This document shows positions 28,969 to 38,700 of a DNA stretch of 64,000 nucleotides, piece by piece. A model generated the notes under the pieces. The model saw only the letters and a program-made list of their open reading frames with translations. It did not search any database and was not told where the DNA came from. The DNA comes from an uncultured virus (IMG/VR IMGVR_UViG_3300021371_000011). Its lineage: Duplodnaviria > Heunggongvirae > Uroviricota > Caudoviricetes. Made by a program: the position numbers and the translations under genes. The DNA lies in the IMG/VR virus record IMGVR_UViG_3300021371_000011, one strand, 5' to 3'. Each line of letters opens with the position of its first letter. The first letter of the stretch is position 1.

Positions 28969-29166
28969 TTATGCTACATCAATCCATACTACGGTTAATG
29001 TAATAAAATTACTATCTTTCTTTCTTGAAGTATCACAAGAAATTACTACATCATCGTTGGCTATTGCTGCCCTAAATGCTGTTTGTACTTCTGCTGCTGT
29101 ACCTGTAAAAGCATTGACTTTTAGTTTGGTTTTGTCTGCAATTACTGTACCACCATTGTTAGCCAT
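28969..29166 (-). CDS. Small virion-module protein
   Basis: GAGGTGA RBS; follows the tail tube gene. Confidence 0.6.
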   Translation of the reverse strand: MANNGGTVIADKTKLKVNAFTGTAAEVQTAFRAAIANDDVVISCDTSRKKDSNFITLTVVWIDVA

Positions 29167-29177
29167 ACTTAATCACC

Positions 29178-30386
29178 TCAGTATGCTGATGGCGCACCGC
29201 TACCGTCATCTAAGCCTGTACCTGCTATGCTAATGTCAATCGCTTTTCCTAGTAGTGGATTCACTAATGCTGTAAAGTTTACAGACATTGTGTTTGTATC
29301 TCTACCGCTTACGTTAGCAGTAGGGGCTTCAAACCTTAAGTGGTATAGATTAATTGTAAGATTAGAAGGTGTTGATTCATCATCAGTAAAGACTAACTGC
29401 ATAATAGAATTACCGTTGTATACACGGTCCTCAAAGGATAAACCATCTTCTGCGATTAAAGTATCATAGGTAGGTTCTTCTGCTGCTGCTGTGTAAACAA
29501 CTTCGTTAAAGTCAATACTACCTGTAATCTCCATTTGTTGTGAAGCAGGTGCGTGTCTGTAAGTACTGCTACCTAGACCGTATGAGTTATCTGTATCTCT
29601 ATTCATAGAAATACTTAGATTTACCCCTTTAACCTTTGCTGTTGCTGATGCTAATCCATCTGTACTGTTATCAAACTTTACTGTACCGTTAGCAAAATGA
29701 AGTGCATCTAAAGCAACACCGTCAAACAAAACAGTACTTGTTTGTAGTGCAGATGTAGAGGATTCTGATTTTCCTACGAAGTCAAAACTAGCCATAACGT
29801 ATTCTCCTACGTTAGCAGTTAAAGACATACTATTAACCATCATACCTGTGTATGTATGTTCTTTTGCTTCTCTACCTACTCTTACGGTAAAAGAAGGATA
29901 GGTAATTTTGTATGCGTCTGCTGCATCCCAAGCACCGGCTGAATGAGGGGCAATAAATCTGTATAATTCATCATTGTAAATAACGTAATCTCCACTAGCA
30001 TAAGTAGTAAGTGCAGAAAACACACCTTTGTTTGCTAATGCTGTATTACTTGTTCTTTTGTTAAGACCAAAAAATGCTTGTTCTAATCCATGTTTTGAAG
30101 TAGCACCGCTACCCGATACTGTGTCATCCGGTAAGATACCGTGTAGTAGCATTCCTAAGAAATCATCTACTTGTACGGCCATGTTTATACCGCCTTCGGA
30201 ATATTCCGTTCCTGTCACCATTTTGCTTGATTGTTGCCTACTTATATCAGACCTACCTAGCATTTCAAAGTTCATTGAAATAGATTCATCGTCTATTTCT
30301 CCAAATGTTTGTGTTCCACTAGGTTCTGTACCATATGCAGCCTCTTTTTCTATTGAAATATACCTATTTAAAAACTCAGTCGCCAT
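29178..30386 (-). CDS. Major tail (tube) protein with an inserted small domain
   Basis: EKEAAYGTEP N-terminus, SFTVRVG..YTGMMVNSMSL, EITGSIDF; position in the module. Confidence 0.8.
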   Translation of the reverse strand: MATEFLNRYISIEKEAAYGTEPSGTQTFGEIDDESISMNFEMLGRSDISRQQSSKMVTGTEYSEGGINMAVQVDDFLGMLLHGILPDDTVSGSGATSKHGLEQAFFGLNKRTSNTALANKGVFSALTTYASGDYVIYNDELYRFIAPHSAGAWDAADAYKITYPSFTVRVGREAKEHTYTGMMVNSMSLTANVGEYVMASFDFVGKSESSTSALQTSTVLFDGVALDALHFANGTVKFDNSTDGLASATAKVKGVNLSISMNRDTDNSYGLGSSTYRHAPASQQMEITGSIDFNEVVYTAAAEEPTYDTLIAEDGLSFEDRVYNGNSIMQLVFTDDESTPSNLTINLYHLRFEAPTANVSGRDTNTMSVNFTALVNPLLGKAIDISIAGTGLDDGSGAPSAY

Positions 30387-30437
30387 ATTATTACCTCTAT
30401 GTGTGTGTAGAACGAACCGAGTCTCTTATCAATATTA

Positions 30438-31502
30438 TTATCTGTGCCTCATATCTATTAAACGCATATACGTTAGTGTTAAAGTGTGTACACATACTGT
30501 TTCGTCATCATCCATTTTAGTATCTAATTCTGCATTGTAAGATATAAGGCTATCGGTAGTACCTAATACACCTGTATTTACATACAATTCATCGAATATT
30601 TCACCAATTATATTTAAACCTTGTCTGTATGCGTTTTCATAATTAGTACCTTTAGTTGTGACATATATTTCTACGTCATAATTTTGTTTAATTTTAGAAC
30701 CCGATAATGCTTCAAATTGTGGAGAATCAAGACCTGTTATAAGAACGTGTATATTAGGTGTAGTATATCTATTTAACATACGGGAAGATATATCATAACC
30801 ATACAATATATTAGCATCAGAAACCTGTGTTTTTAAATATATTTTTTGTGTATTTTTTAATAAATCTACAATAGCAATACCCATTCTAGGTACTGCGTCT
30901 TGTGCGAAATCACTTGTCATTAATTGTTCGGGGGTAAATGCACCAAACTTAGAATAATATACGTTAGCCCATTTTACATTACCACTTGTATTTCCCCATT
31001 GTATAGTCTTAGATGAACCACTAGCACCTACAACACTAGAAAATATATCTTCCGCATTATCATCCTGTATAATCTCATGCACATACATTTTAGCCACCCC
31101 TGCTGCATCTAAAGTTAATCTTAAAACTAACGGTACGGGGTTGTTTTCCGTTAAAAGTAAATCTAAATTACTTACTGTAAGTGTTGTAGCACCTACTAAT
31201 TTAAGTGATGTACCGTTTCCTGTACCTTTTACTTCTACCTTATGTGTACCATTATCTAATTTTACCAATACTTCATCATTACTAGGTGCAGTAGTATAAG
31301 ACAAACAAGCAACAAATGTGTACGCTGTATTAGTCGTAGGTGTTATTGTGTATATTCCATTTGTTATAACCCAATTACCACCGGATGCAGAACCGCTACC
31401 GGATTCAGCAGTCCAAGCATCTTGGAAATAACCCGTTAATCCTGTTGGGTCTGTACCATTCATTCTACTATTCCAATATTGTGTTGTTGTCGCTACTGCC
31501 AT
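30438..31502 (-). CDS. Tail terminator/completion-like protein with N-terminal beta domain
   Basis: Directly upstream of the tail tube; C-terminal ~140 aa has a terminator-like pattern. Confidence 0.5.
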   Translation of the reverse strand: MAVATTTQYWNSRMNGTDPTGLTGYFQDAWTAESGSGSASGGNWVITNGIYTITPTTNTAYTFVACLSYTTAPSNDEVLVKLDNGTHKVEVKGTGNGTSLKLVGATTLTVSNLDLLLTENNPVPLVLRLTLDAAGVAKMYVHEIIQDDNAEDIFSSVVGASGSSKTIQWGNTSGNVKWANVYYSKFGAFTPEQLMTSDFAQDAVPRMGIAIVDLLKNTQKIYLKTQVSDANILYGYDISSRMLNRYTTPNIHVLITGLDSPQFEALSGSKIKQNYDVEIYVTTKGTNYENAYRQGLNIIGEIFDELYVNTGVLGTTDSLISYNAELDTKMDDDETVCVHTLTLTYMRLIDMRHR

Positions 31503-31504
31503 AT

Positions 31505-32668
31505 TTACTGCCCCTTCAATTGTTTTCTAAAAGTCCTTCCACTTAAACCTTGCCTTCTATTTATTCTTGTTCCTTTTCCTAGATAATAAGCAGTAGTTTT
31601 ACTTAATGGTGATGAGCCTACATTTGGCTTAACTGTAAATGCTGGTTGTGTGTTTTCACGCAATTCTGTTAAAGACTGTTCACCTTTTCTCATACGACTA
31701 CCTCTTGCCCCCGTAGGATTTGTAGGTGAATCCCCCGCGTCAAAAGAACCTATAACAAACGTAATATACCTTGAGTAATTTCTTGTATTTTGTCCTTTTA
31801 ATTCCTTTAAGTTTCCATATAAAGAATGTGCAATCCTATTTATTGCATCACCCTCTAGTTTATGTGCTGTACCTATAAAAGAAGTTGTATCATTTTCGCT
31901 AAAACTCTTTTTTCCCCATCTTGATTTTTTCTTAAAATGCTTAGTTTTACTTGTTCCGGGTCTAGCGTTAATTTCTTTCCTTGTTTTTTGTACTGTTTTA
32001 TGTACTATATCACTTAAAAAAGCATTTGCTAACATATTAACTCCTTGTGTTAGGCTTTCTGCCTGTTTGACAAAAGCAGATTTATCAAAATAAGCCTTAA
32101 AACTTAAATTGTATTCTTTATTTCTCAAAGGTTTTGGGTATCTAGGGTTGCTTCTATCTATTCTACCACCTGCTTTAAATCCAAAACGACCTTGCCTTAA
32201 ATTAGAGGCTGCTCTTTGTTTTCTTAATACCCTATTCCATGCTTCTCTTGATTTAGCCGATGATGTAGCCTCGGCTATTTCTCCACCTTTTAATCTAATT
32301 TCTGTTCCCGGCATATATCCCGGTGCATTAAATAAACTTTTCATATTTGATTGATTAGGATTTCTAAAACCCGCACTACCTATATTTTTAGTGCTAGGGT
32401 TTTCTTTTAAATATTTTTTTTCTTGGGTTGTTAAACCTTTACCATCTCTAAGTTTACGGGTTAAATCAAGCCAAGTCCTATCTTCTAAGTTTTTTATTTC
32501 TATTTGAAAATTGCGTATATTTTGCCCCATTATCATAGCGTAATTATTTCTTGCTTTAGTCATTGTTCCTAGTTTAACCCAACCCGGATGAGTATAACCA
32601 TCAGCATTAATAAAAACATGGCCTTCTTTTTCTTGTTGTACTTTAAATTGTTTTTTTAATGTAGCCAA
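31505..32668 (-). CDS. Very basic neck/tail-completion region protein
   Basis: K/R-rich 387 aa; GAGGTGA RBS, TTG start. Confidence 0.5.
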   Translation of the reverse strand: MATLKKQFKVQQEKEGHVFINADGYTHPGWVKLGTMTKARNNYAMIMGQNIRNFQIEIKNLEDRTWLDLTRKLRDGKGLTTQEKKYLKENPSTKNIGSAGFRNPNQSNMKSLFNAPGYMPGTEIRLKGGEIAEATSSAKSREAWNRVLRKQRAASNLRQGRFGFKAGGRIDRSNPRYPKPLRNKEYNLSFKAYFDKSAFVKQAESLTQGVNMLANAFLSDIVHKTVQKTRKEINARPGTSKTKHFKKKSRWGKKSFSENDTTSFIGTAHKLEGDAINRIAHSLYGNLKELKGQNTRNYSRYITFVIGSFDAGDSPTNPTGARGSRMRKGEQSLTELRENTQPAFTVKPNVGSSPLSKTTAYYLGKGTRINRRQGLSGRTFRKQLKGQ

Positions 32669-32677
32669 TTAATCACC

Positions 32678-33202
32678 TCAAGAAAAACTTCCGAGATGAG
32701 CCAATCTTGTAAGGTTGTTTATTCCTCTTTCTCTAAGAGTATTTCCCCTTAAAGAATTACCACCTTCGTGAAATGTGGATTCATCTTCCATGTAGTAAGC
32801 GGCTGCTATATCAGCACATATTTCTCTAAGAACGTGTGCAAACTCACCTTGCTGTACTGCTACTCCACTTTCGTGTGCGATAGAAACTCCTGTGACACCT
32901 GTTAAATCATTACTAGATTTTCCTGTCCAAGATATTGTATCTCCATCAATATTACCGCTACCCGCAGTAGCAAAAGCACTTGCGCTTGTTAGTGTTATAG
33001 TAGTATCTCCTACCGATACAGCCCCATTAGCGGTAGTTTCTATAACAATAGGATTAGACCTACCATAGTCATTATAAACTTGCTCTATTTCAATAGAGGC
33101 TCTACGGATTGCTACCTGTAAAGTATTACCTGCTTGTACCCTTTGGGCTGAATTAAGACCTAATCTTTGGCCGACATCACTTGTAGAACAATAATAAACC
33201 AT
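32678..33202 (-). CDS. Head-tail connector-like protein
   Basis: YCSTSDV..L..AIRRAS.EI..LREICADIAAAY pattern typical of adaptors. Confidence 0.6.
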   Translation of the reverse strand: MVYYCSTSDVGQRLGLNSAQRVQAGNTLQVAIRRASIEIEQVYNDYGRSNPIVIETTANGAVSVGDTTITLTSASAFATAGSGNIDGDTISWTGKSSNDLTGVTGVSIAHESGVAVQQGEFAHVLREICADIAAAYYMEDESTFHEGGNSLRGNTLRERGINNLTRLAHLGSFS

Positions 33203-33374
33203 TTAAACCAATTACTCCTATTAATAATATTTGTGTTATCCAAAGCATACGCTTATTTATAGTATGGTATTCCTTAAGTGTCTTTTCAATATTACTAACT
33301 GTGACAGATGTACTAGCAGATGTAGAACCTAGATGTTTTACCCAAGTATTCCATTTTTCTATATCGCTAGTCAT
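33177..33374 (-). CDS. Small membrane protein
   Basis: C-terminal transmembrane segment. Confidence 0.55.
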   Translation of the reverse strand: MTSDIEKWNTWVKHLGSTSASTSVTVSNIEKTLKEYHTINKRMLWITQILLIGVIGLNGLLLFYK

Positions 33375-33378
33375 ATTA

Positions 33379-33624
33379 TCACATTTGTGTAGAAATACCC
33401 ATAGCCCCTGCTACTATTGCTATTAAGGTAAAAATAATTTTTTGCATATTCCCCATATATGTACCTATTAAACCATTAGTTATTTCTAACTCGGTAGCCA
33501 CTTTAGCAAGCCCTGTTTGCATACTTACTTGGGATTGTACTAATTGTTCAATTAATCTTTCATGTCTTTTTACAGACTCTTCTAAATTGTCTAATCTTAT
33601 TGAGACAACATCAGAATCGGCCAC
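33379..33624 (-). CDS. Coiled-coil plus C-terminal TM protein (XhlA/holin-like layout)
   Basis: RLDNLEESVKRHE..; IIFTLIAIVAGAMG. Confidence 0.5.
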   Translation of the reverse strand: MADSDVVSIRLDNLEESVKRHERLIEQLVQSQVSMQTGLAKVATELEITNGLIGTYMGNMQKIIFTLIAIVAGAMGISTQM

Positions 33625-34010
33625 TAAGCCTCACCCATGTGTGCTTCTAATCGAGCCACAAGGTCTGCTTTTTTGCCTTTTACTGAAAGACCTGCTGCTT
33701 TTAACTTCTCTTTCAATTCTGCAACATTATGAGAGTCAAGAGTTTTTTCTATTTTCTCTATCTCTTCTTTTGCTTCTTCGGCTTTCTCCTTAACCTCGTC
33801 TACTGAATCTAATAATTCGTCTAATGTTATTTTTCCATCAGCATTTAGTACTAGGTATTTTTTATATAAAAATACACCTATACCCGCTAATGCTACTAAA
33901 GATAACAGTATCAATTCTATATCATCTAATAATGATGAAGAATCTAGGGCTATGCAATCTATTGTTTCGTTAAGTGCGTTTAGGCACGTTTCTTTTGTTG
34001 TGTTATTCAT
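33624..34010 (-). CDS. Membrane protein with C-terminal SAP domain
   Basis: TM segment LILLSLVALAGIGVFLY; VAELKEKLKAAGLSVKGKKADLVARL. Confidence 0.7.
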   Translation of the reverse strand: MNNTTKETCLNALNETIDCIALDSSSLLDDIELILLSLVALAGIGVFLYKKYLVLNADGKITLDELLDSVDEVKEKAEEAKEEIEKIEKTLDSHNVAELKEKLKAAGLSVKGKKADLVARLEAHMGEA

Positions 34011-34012
34011 TT

Positions 34013-34189
34013 TTATTCCTCTCTATCGTATATTACTTGCTTAACTGCTGAATGCGGTATAACTGTAAATGCTCTTTCGCTACCTCTTCGGTAAATCTTG
34101 AACCCATGAGGTGTCTCTTCAATGTTTACATTGGTATATGACTTTTCGGGCGCAATATACACTATTTTACCTGTTCTTACTTCTCCCAA
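34013..34189 (-). CDS. 58-aa hypothetical protein (not in ORF track)
   Basis: TTG start, MGEVRTGKIVY...VIYDREE; fills the gap exactly. Confidence 0.55.
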   Translation of the reverse strand: MGEVRTGKIVYIAPEKSYTNVNIEETPHGFKIYRRGSERAFTVIPHSAVKQVIYDREE

Positions 34190-34193
34190 AAAA

Positions 34194-34763
34194 TCACGCC
34201 CAACGTGGACCTTCGGCCCACCCTACTAGACTTGTTCTGCTACCTTTAGTAATAGGTGCTACTCCGTGTTCATAGTAAGATAAGAAACATATTACTGTAC
34301 CTTTCTTAGCAAGTGCTATTGGGTCGGGATTTTGTGTATGACTAAATGTTAATTCTCCACCTTCATAATCTTCGGGGTCTGATAATTGTACGACAATACT
34401 TACTTTTCTGTGCATACCATCTTGCCTGTTCCAATCAATATCGTGGTGCATACCATAGTGGTAGCCTATATCCATATATTCTGTAAATTGTAATGGTGGT
34501 AGATAAGATACTTCTACACCAAAATGCTCATTTGCTTTTTCTATATACCACATCATTTGTTCTGTAAGAGGTTTGTATTTTTCATCTTGTAGCCATCTTA
34601 TTTGGGTTTTTCTATGGCTATCTTCTTTACCTTCACCTGTTCTAAAGGTAGATGCCGCTTGAGGTTCGGCTTCCTTTGCCGCCTCAATTATTTCATTCAC
34701 TATTTCTTCACTCAACGCTTCTTCCCACATTATCCATGCAGGATGTTCCATCATTTCTGACAT
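34194..34763 (-). CDS. 2OG-Fe(II) oxygenase (prolyl-hydroxylase/PKHD-like)
   Basis: HHD, RKVSIVVQLS, YEGGEL, HGVAPI..G.R.SLVGW; own TATA CTTATATA 30 nt upstream. Confidence 0.9.
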   Translation of the reverse strand: MSEMMEHPAWIMWEEALSEEIVNEIIEAAKEAEPQAASTFRTGEGKEDSHRKTQIRWLQDEKYKPLTEQMMWYIEKANEHFGVEVSYLPPLQFTEYMDIGYHYGMHHDIDWNRQDGMHRKVSIVVQLSDPEDYEGGELTFSHTQNPDPIALAKKGTVICFLSYYEHGVAPITKGSRTSLVGWAEGPRWA

Positions 34764-34857
34764 AACGTACCATTACATCATAGGGTATATAAGATGTATT
34801 ACAATAACATACCTAGTTTTTTCATTAAGTATAACCAAAATCGGTTATATCCTTCCA

Positions 34858-35193
34858 CTAACAATCAACACCATCAGTAAATCCGGTCATAGTTTTAAGA
34901 TTTATATAACATTGTTTAATTATATTGTATTGAGTTTTTCCTGCACTAGCATTTAAATCAAAATTATTACCAAAACCACCAATAGGTGCTGCATTTGCTT
35001 CGTAAGCGGCCTGTGAAGCATATATTTTACCGTTATAATTTATTTTAAAACCTTTAGTTAAACTACCATCAGCATTTATTAATATTTCTTTTGAAGCCAT
35101 AGTATTTGACATAACACATATTGCGTCATTACAAGTTATACCATACTCAGTCACATAGTCTATTTTTAAGCCCATATCCTTACCACACATCAT
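34858..35193 (-). CDS. Hypothetical protein
   Basis: ORF in the module; the start may be MGLK. Confidence 0.55.
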   Translation of the reverse strand: MMCGKDMGLKIDYVTEYGITCNDAICVMSNTMASKEILINADGSLTKGFKINYNGKIYASQAAYEANAAPIGGFGNNFDLNASAGKTQYNIIKQCYINLKTMTGFTDGVDC

Positions 35194-35212
35194 TTGTTTT
35201 ATAAATCATTCT

Positions 35213-35773
35213 CTAAACAAAGAGTACTGTTATCTCACATTTTGCGGTTGATAAGACACCGTTAAGAGTGCTTGACCCTCTTACTGCAAACAGTACTGAA
35301 TCATTACTAGCAGGTGTGTTAATTGTTTTCCCTACCGTCTGACATTGAATACGAAGGGCTTGTCCCATACCACTTGTAGCATCTTGAGATGTAGACGCTG
35401 TGCCTACAATACTTGAAGTATTACTATTACTTAAACTTGAACTCCCAATTAGCAGACTCCACGCAAACGTAGGAGAGCCACCACCTAGCCATCTTAGATA
35501 CCCTGCGGGTATAATATTTAATCGGTCAATTCCATAATTATTACAGATTTGATTAAATCCTTGTGCATCTATATGAAGAGTAGCAGTAAAAACCCCTTGA
35601 GCATTAACAGAAAACTCACTACCATTAAGTGCGCCCGCTAAAAGAAAAGGTGCGCCCATTAAGTCATTAGTTGCCGTACAAGCATTATCATAATTACCAC
35701 TTGATGATGTCGCTACACTTAAAAGAGAAGCACCCCCTATTTGAGAACAAATACCTATTATTGTTGGATAAAT
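35213..35773 (-). CDS. Fibre-associated hypothetical protein; probable ATT start
   Basis: The frame is open 38 codons upstream of ATG 35659, to an ATT located 4 nt after GGGTGA. Confidence 0.5.
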   Translation of the reverse strand: MYPTIIGICSQIGGASLLSVATSSSGNYDNACTATNDLMGAPFLLAGALNGSEFSVNAQGVFTATLHIDAQGFNQICNNYGIDRLNIIPAGYLRWLGGGSPTFAWSLLIGSSSLSNSNTSSIVGTASTSQDATSGMGQALRIQCQTVGKTINTPASNDSVLFAVRGSSTLNGVLSTAKCEITVLFV

Positions 35774-35777
35774 AATA

Positions 35778-38700
35778 TCACCCTACTACTATCCATGCTG
35801 ACGAAGATGTAGCAATAAATGTTTTTGCTTCATATCTTGTTGTAATTGTTTGATTAGTGGTAGAACCGTTCATTGTATCTGTACCATCAGCACTTATTGT
35901 AGTAGTCCCTGCGTGGTCGCTAATAATAATATATTGTTCCCCTACAGCCGGACTAGCAGGTAATGTTAATGTTGCGGTACTATTAACTATAATATATTTA
36001 CCTGCATAAGTATCTGATAATGTAATACTACTTCCTAATGTAGAAATCTTACCTCTTTTAGCAACAAACTCTTGTTCTACTGTTAGACCGCCGTTAGGTA
36101 TACTTACATCTCCAGAGTTGTCTGCTGTAATCCATGTTAATAATCCCGAACCGTCTGATATGGTTAATGATTGACCGACAGTTGCACTACTAACATCTGC
36201 ATTTCCTATGAGAACATTGTAACTTCCTGTGGTCAAACTACTTGCACCATTGTAAGAAGAAAGGATAATATTTTTCTGACCCGAAGTGATGTTTTGACCT
36301 GCATATCTTCCGACCCCAAGATTGTAACTTCCTGTCGTCAAATCTTTGAGACTGTCAGCACCAATTCCTACGTTTTGATTTGCTGCATTACTAGCAACCC
36401 CTTGACCTGCATTCCAACCAATGAAAGTGTTTGCCGAACCTGTTCCAGCCGTCATAGCATTATGACCTACAACGGTATTGTAGCCTGTTCCGTTAGTTCC
36501 GGCTTGACTTCCTACTATTGTCTCGGAATATCCTGTGCTACTAACACCTGCCCGATAACCAACATAAACTCCTGTGTTTTGATTGGTAATTGCTGCCCCC
36601 GCAGTATGTCCTATCATAACGTGGTCGCCACCTGTGGAAATTGCTGTTCCGGCTTGATAACCCATTAGAATATTCCTGTCTCCTGTGCTAAGTGTTGTTC
36701 CTGCGTCTACACCCAATGCTACGTTGTAGTTGCCACTTGATGCAGTTAAAGAATCTAAAGCACCACTACCTAATCCTATGTTAGAAGTAGCAGTAGTGAC
36801 TGCATCTGATAAATCACCAATACCACCTGCTACACCACTAGGTCCGGGTGGGCCATTAGGTCCCGGTGGACCTGCGCCACCTTGAGAACCCGGTGGTCCA
36901 CTAGGTCCGGGCGGCCCTGTCGAACCGGGCGGGATTGTAAAGGCAAAAACCTTAGCAGTCGCAGGTCCACTAGATGCAATTGCTAACGGACCACTTGCTA
37001 CCGTAGGCGTTCCAAATCCGGCTGCTGCCCCATCTGACCCATTAGAACCGGGTGGACCTGTAGGTCCTGTTGGCCCCGGCGGTCCTGCCGGACCTGCTGC
37101 GCCTTGTGGTATAGTAAATGCGAATACTTTAGCAGTATCGGGTCCACTTGTACTAACCGCAATAGGTCCTGTACTAGCAGACGCACTACCAAACCCTGCT
37201 GCTGCCCCTGTAGAACCTGTAGGGCCGGGTGGTCCTGTTGGTCCGGTTGGGCCGGTTGGACCTGTCGGGCCTGTCGCACCTTGTGGTATAGTGAATGCAA
37301 AGACTTTCGCTGTATTAGGGCCACTAGAAGATACGCCTATTGGTCCTGTGGTTGCTGTAGGTGTCCCAAATCCTGCGCCCGGTCCTATTGCACCTGTCGG
37401 ACCTGTACCGCCGGGTGGCCCGGTAGGACCCGTTGGGCCTGTAGGACCTGTAGGTCCTGTATCACCTTGTGGTATAGTAAAAGCAAAAACTTTTGCGGTG
37501 TCGGGACCGCTTGAAGAAACTGCTATGGGTCCGGTACTAGCGGTTGGAGTACCAAATCCTGCTGCCGTTCCTGTAGGACCTGTAGGACCTGTTGGGCCGG
37601 GTGGACCTGCGCCGCCCGAAGGACCGGGTGGACCTGTTGCACCTTGAGGAATTGTAAAAGCAAATACCTTAGCAGTATTTGGGCCACTAGATGAAACACC
37701 AATAGGGCCTGTTGTAGCCGTAGGTGTTCCGAATCCCGCAGCCGCACCCGTAGGACCTGTACCACCATCGTTTCCATCATTACCTGTCGGTCCGGTAGGA
37801 CCTGTTGGTCCGGGTGGCCCTGCGGGTCCTGTGCTTCCGGGCGGAATTGTAAAAGCAAATACTTTTGCGGTATTAGGACCGCTACTAGATATGGCTAAAG
37901 GACCACTACTAACACTTGGTGTCCCGAATCCCGCAGCACTACCTGTTGGTCCTACAGGTCCACCACTACCTGTCGGTCCGGGCGGTCCCGTAGGTCCCGT
38001 AGGTCCGGTTGGGCCTGTTGGTCCGGCATCTCCGGCAGGTATAGTAAAAGCAAAGACCTTTGCTGTATTTGGACCACTACTACTTATAGAAAGCGGACCG
38101 GAAGAAACAGTTGGTGTTCCGAATCCTGCTGATGTTCCCGCAGGTCCGCTTCCACCTGTATTTCCTGTTGGACCCGTAGGACCCGTAGGACCTGTAGGAC
38201 CATCCGGTCCCGTTGGTCCGGTTGCACCTTGTGGTATGGTGAAAGCAAATATTTTTGCTGTATTTGGACCGCTTGTTGAAACACCTATTGGTCCTGTGGT
38301 TGCCGTAGCAGTCCCAAATCCGGCGGCTACACCTGTAGGTCCTGTTCCGCCTGTGCTACCTTGTGGTCCCGGTGGGCCATTAGGTCCGGTAGGTCCGGTA
38401 GGACCTGTAGGCCCTTCATCACCTTGAGAACCCGGCGGTCCTGTTGGTCCTGTGCCGCCACTAGGTCCTGTTGGTCCTGTTGGCCCTACACTACCTGTAG
38501 GTCCGGTATCTCCTTTATCTCCTGTTCTAGCAAAAGTTACCATAACATCTTCGCCATCTGAAAATGGTGCAGAAGCAGAAGAATCTATTGTACTTACTGT
38601 TATGTCAAAGTAGCCCGAATCTTCTGATAGAGAAGTAATAGTATGTAAAGTAAATTGACCTGCATCTGTTAAATTACTAATTTTAACGTGTCCTTTTATC

